From Octopus sinensis (Eukaryota), in assembly GCF_006345805.1 (NCBI RefSeq), contig NW_021836482.1:1-24147 (forward strand): a stretch of 24,147 nt of DNA. Direction: 5' to 3'. A program made the position numbers and the translations under genes. Each line of letters opens with the position of its first letter. Position 1 is the first letter of the stretch. Under the pieces are notes generated by a model that worked only from the letters and a program-made list of their open reading frames with translations, had not been told where the DNA came from and did no database searches. Below, piece after piece: positions 22,193 to 24,147 of the stretch.

Positions 22193-22632
22193 ATTCATTC
22201 TTTTACTTGTTTCACTCAGTTGACTGCGGCCAAGCTGGAACACCGCCTTGAATGGCTTTAGCCGAACAAATCGACCCCGGGACTTATTCTTTGTAAGCCT
22301 AATACTTATTTTGTCGGTCTCTTTTGCCGAAGCATTTTGGTTACGGGGGACATAAACACAACAGCGTCGGTTGTTAAGCGAAGGCGGGTGTGACAAACAC
22401 AGACACACACACACACACACACACGCACACACACACACTCACGCACACGAACACACACATACATACATACGATGGGCTTCTTTCAGTTTCCGTCAACCAA
22501 ATCTACTCACAAGGCTTTGATCGGCCCGAGGCTATAGTAGAAGACACTTGCCCAAGGTTCCACGCAGTAGAACTGAACCTGGAACCATCTGGTTGGGAGG
22601 CAAGCTTCTTACCACACAGCCCCACCTGCGCC
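22193..22632 (-). mobile_element. tRNA-derived SINE, same family as 5107-5488, opposite orientation
   Basis: The minus strand starts GGCGCAGGTGGGGCTGTGTGGTAAGAAGCTTGCC..GGTTCAGTTCTACTGCGTGGAACCTTGGGCAAGTGTCTTCTACTATAGCCTCGGGCCGATC and aligns over its whole length with 5107-5488. Confidence 0.88.
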
Positions 22633-22987
22633 CATATCATTCCTGCACGGCTATTAATTGAATTATGAAGATTCTCCATAATGTGGGTGGCGCCATTACC
22701 ACAAACTAATACTGACAGCTTCATTATTATATTTTCTTGCTTAACTCCGCCTACATTATTGGGAGGTGGAGTTAGAGAAATGTTGATAAGAATTTACGGT
22801 ATGGTTTCCCTCAGATTCTGGGTTCCAACGCTGCTAGCGACGAAGAATGAGTTGGTTTACCTTCCCAGCTGTGTGTGTGTGTGTGTGTGTGTGCGTGTGT
22901 GCGCATGTGTGTGTGTGTGAATGTGCGTGTGTATGGTTATGTGTGTGCGTGTGCGTGCGTCTGTGTGTGTACGCGTGCTAAAATGCT

Positions 22988-23110
22988 AAGTGCCCATGCT
23001 GGGGCACCGCTTGGAAGTGTTTTAGTCGACCGAATCATTCCCAGAACTTATTTTTTAAACAAGGTACTTTTCTATCGGTTCTATTTAGACACCGATTGCC
23101 AAGCGGTGGT
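22988..23110 (-). mobile_element. 3' fragment of the same SINE family
   Basis: CCATGCTGGGGCACCGC..AGTCGACCGAATC..CCCAGAACTTATTTT..GGTACTTTTCTATCGGT matches the reverse complement of ~5340-5450. Confidence 0.65.
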
Positions 23111-23112
23111 GG

Positions 23113-23150
<38 letters not shown>

Positions 23151-23747
23151 TGTTTCATTTTTTTATATTGGGTTACAATAAAAACGATTTAACTTTAAAC
23201 TGAACAATCACTTTTCACAGAGTCTTTCTTTATTACAGTTTTACAAGAATCGGGATCACAGCGGTTTAGATGTTTCGGACTGCCGTCCTTCATCAGTATG
23301 TTAGAAAGGGCAAATTAACTGCGATATTCATTCGCAGATATTATCTTATATCAATTTACTCTATCTAAAACCACAAATACATCCATACTAAACAGTTTCG
23401 AAACAAAGTTTGTCTTCGCCTGTTGTTGGCAGTGAGCACATGCCACTCGCAAAACCCGGCAAAGCAAAAATGCACTTCTAGCATTCTCAGCAAAGACTGC
23501 TGGGTGACTTTTGCCAGCTACTGATGGATTTTTAGTGTTTTTCAACACATTACATCCATAAAAGATGTAATCGTCAGACGAATGCTGCAGTTAATTTCAA
23601 TTTTCGAGAAACATTTACATTAAGTATGATACACAGACAGCTATTTTAATCTAATATTGCTTCAATTGCACAGAACGAATATACAGTTGTACCTAGGTTT
23701 TCGAACAACTCTGATCACGAATAAACCGTGCTTTATATATATATTTG

Positions 23748-23829
<82 letters not shown>

Positions 23830-23854
23830 ATCTATCGATCTATCTATCTATCTA
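23748..23854. repeat. (TATC)n / GATA microsatellite
   Basis: Seen directly in the sequence. Confidence 0.95.
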
Positions 23855-23862
23855 CATATACA

Positions 23863-23912
<50 letters not shown>

Positions 23913-24109
23913 GATTACGATTTATTCGCGATCAGAGTTGTGCGAAAACCGAAACACTACTGTATATATATATATATTATATATATATATCTATAAACTT
24001 ACTTGGAGAAGAGAAACAACGCGTGCGTTCGGTCATATAATAACAATATAATAAATATATAACATATGCATTATCCATACAATATTTACATACTACTATA
24101 TGATATATA

Positions 24110-24147
<38 letters not shown>

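Noticed and set aside
23351-23548. 65 aa ORF next to the hammerhead-like motif, a possible Penelope GIY-YIG remnant
   Set aside because: No GIY-YIG or RT motif is present in the frames I translated.

Overview
AT-rich, microsatellite-saturated eukaryotic DNA. Its tRNA-derived SINE families resemble those I recall from octopus, so a coleoid cephalopod is the likely source (inference). I can support no host protein-coding exon; the window looks intronic or intergenic. It holds decayed mobile DNA: three mariner transposase relics, a ~2.8 kb 5'-truncated R4/Dong-like RLE non-LTR retrotransposon ending in (AAT)n, a second RLE-LINE 3' fragment embedded in (CATA)n, a CR1/L2/Jockey-group LINE fragment, a probable RTE-like 5' UTR and several SINEs. 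The most interesting signal is a non-coding repeat family carrying type I hammerhead ribozymes with an unusually long helix II and a palindromic ACAUAUGU helix III. One copy has a fully intact core (748-829, +) and sits in a ~335 bp foldback with its antisense twin. A related direct pair at 12.4-12.9 kb has two broken copies that could complement each other. Weaker hammerhead-like and HDV-like remnants also occur. All alignments and folds were done by eye, and no activity is demonstrated.
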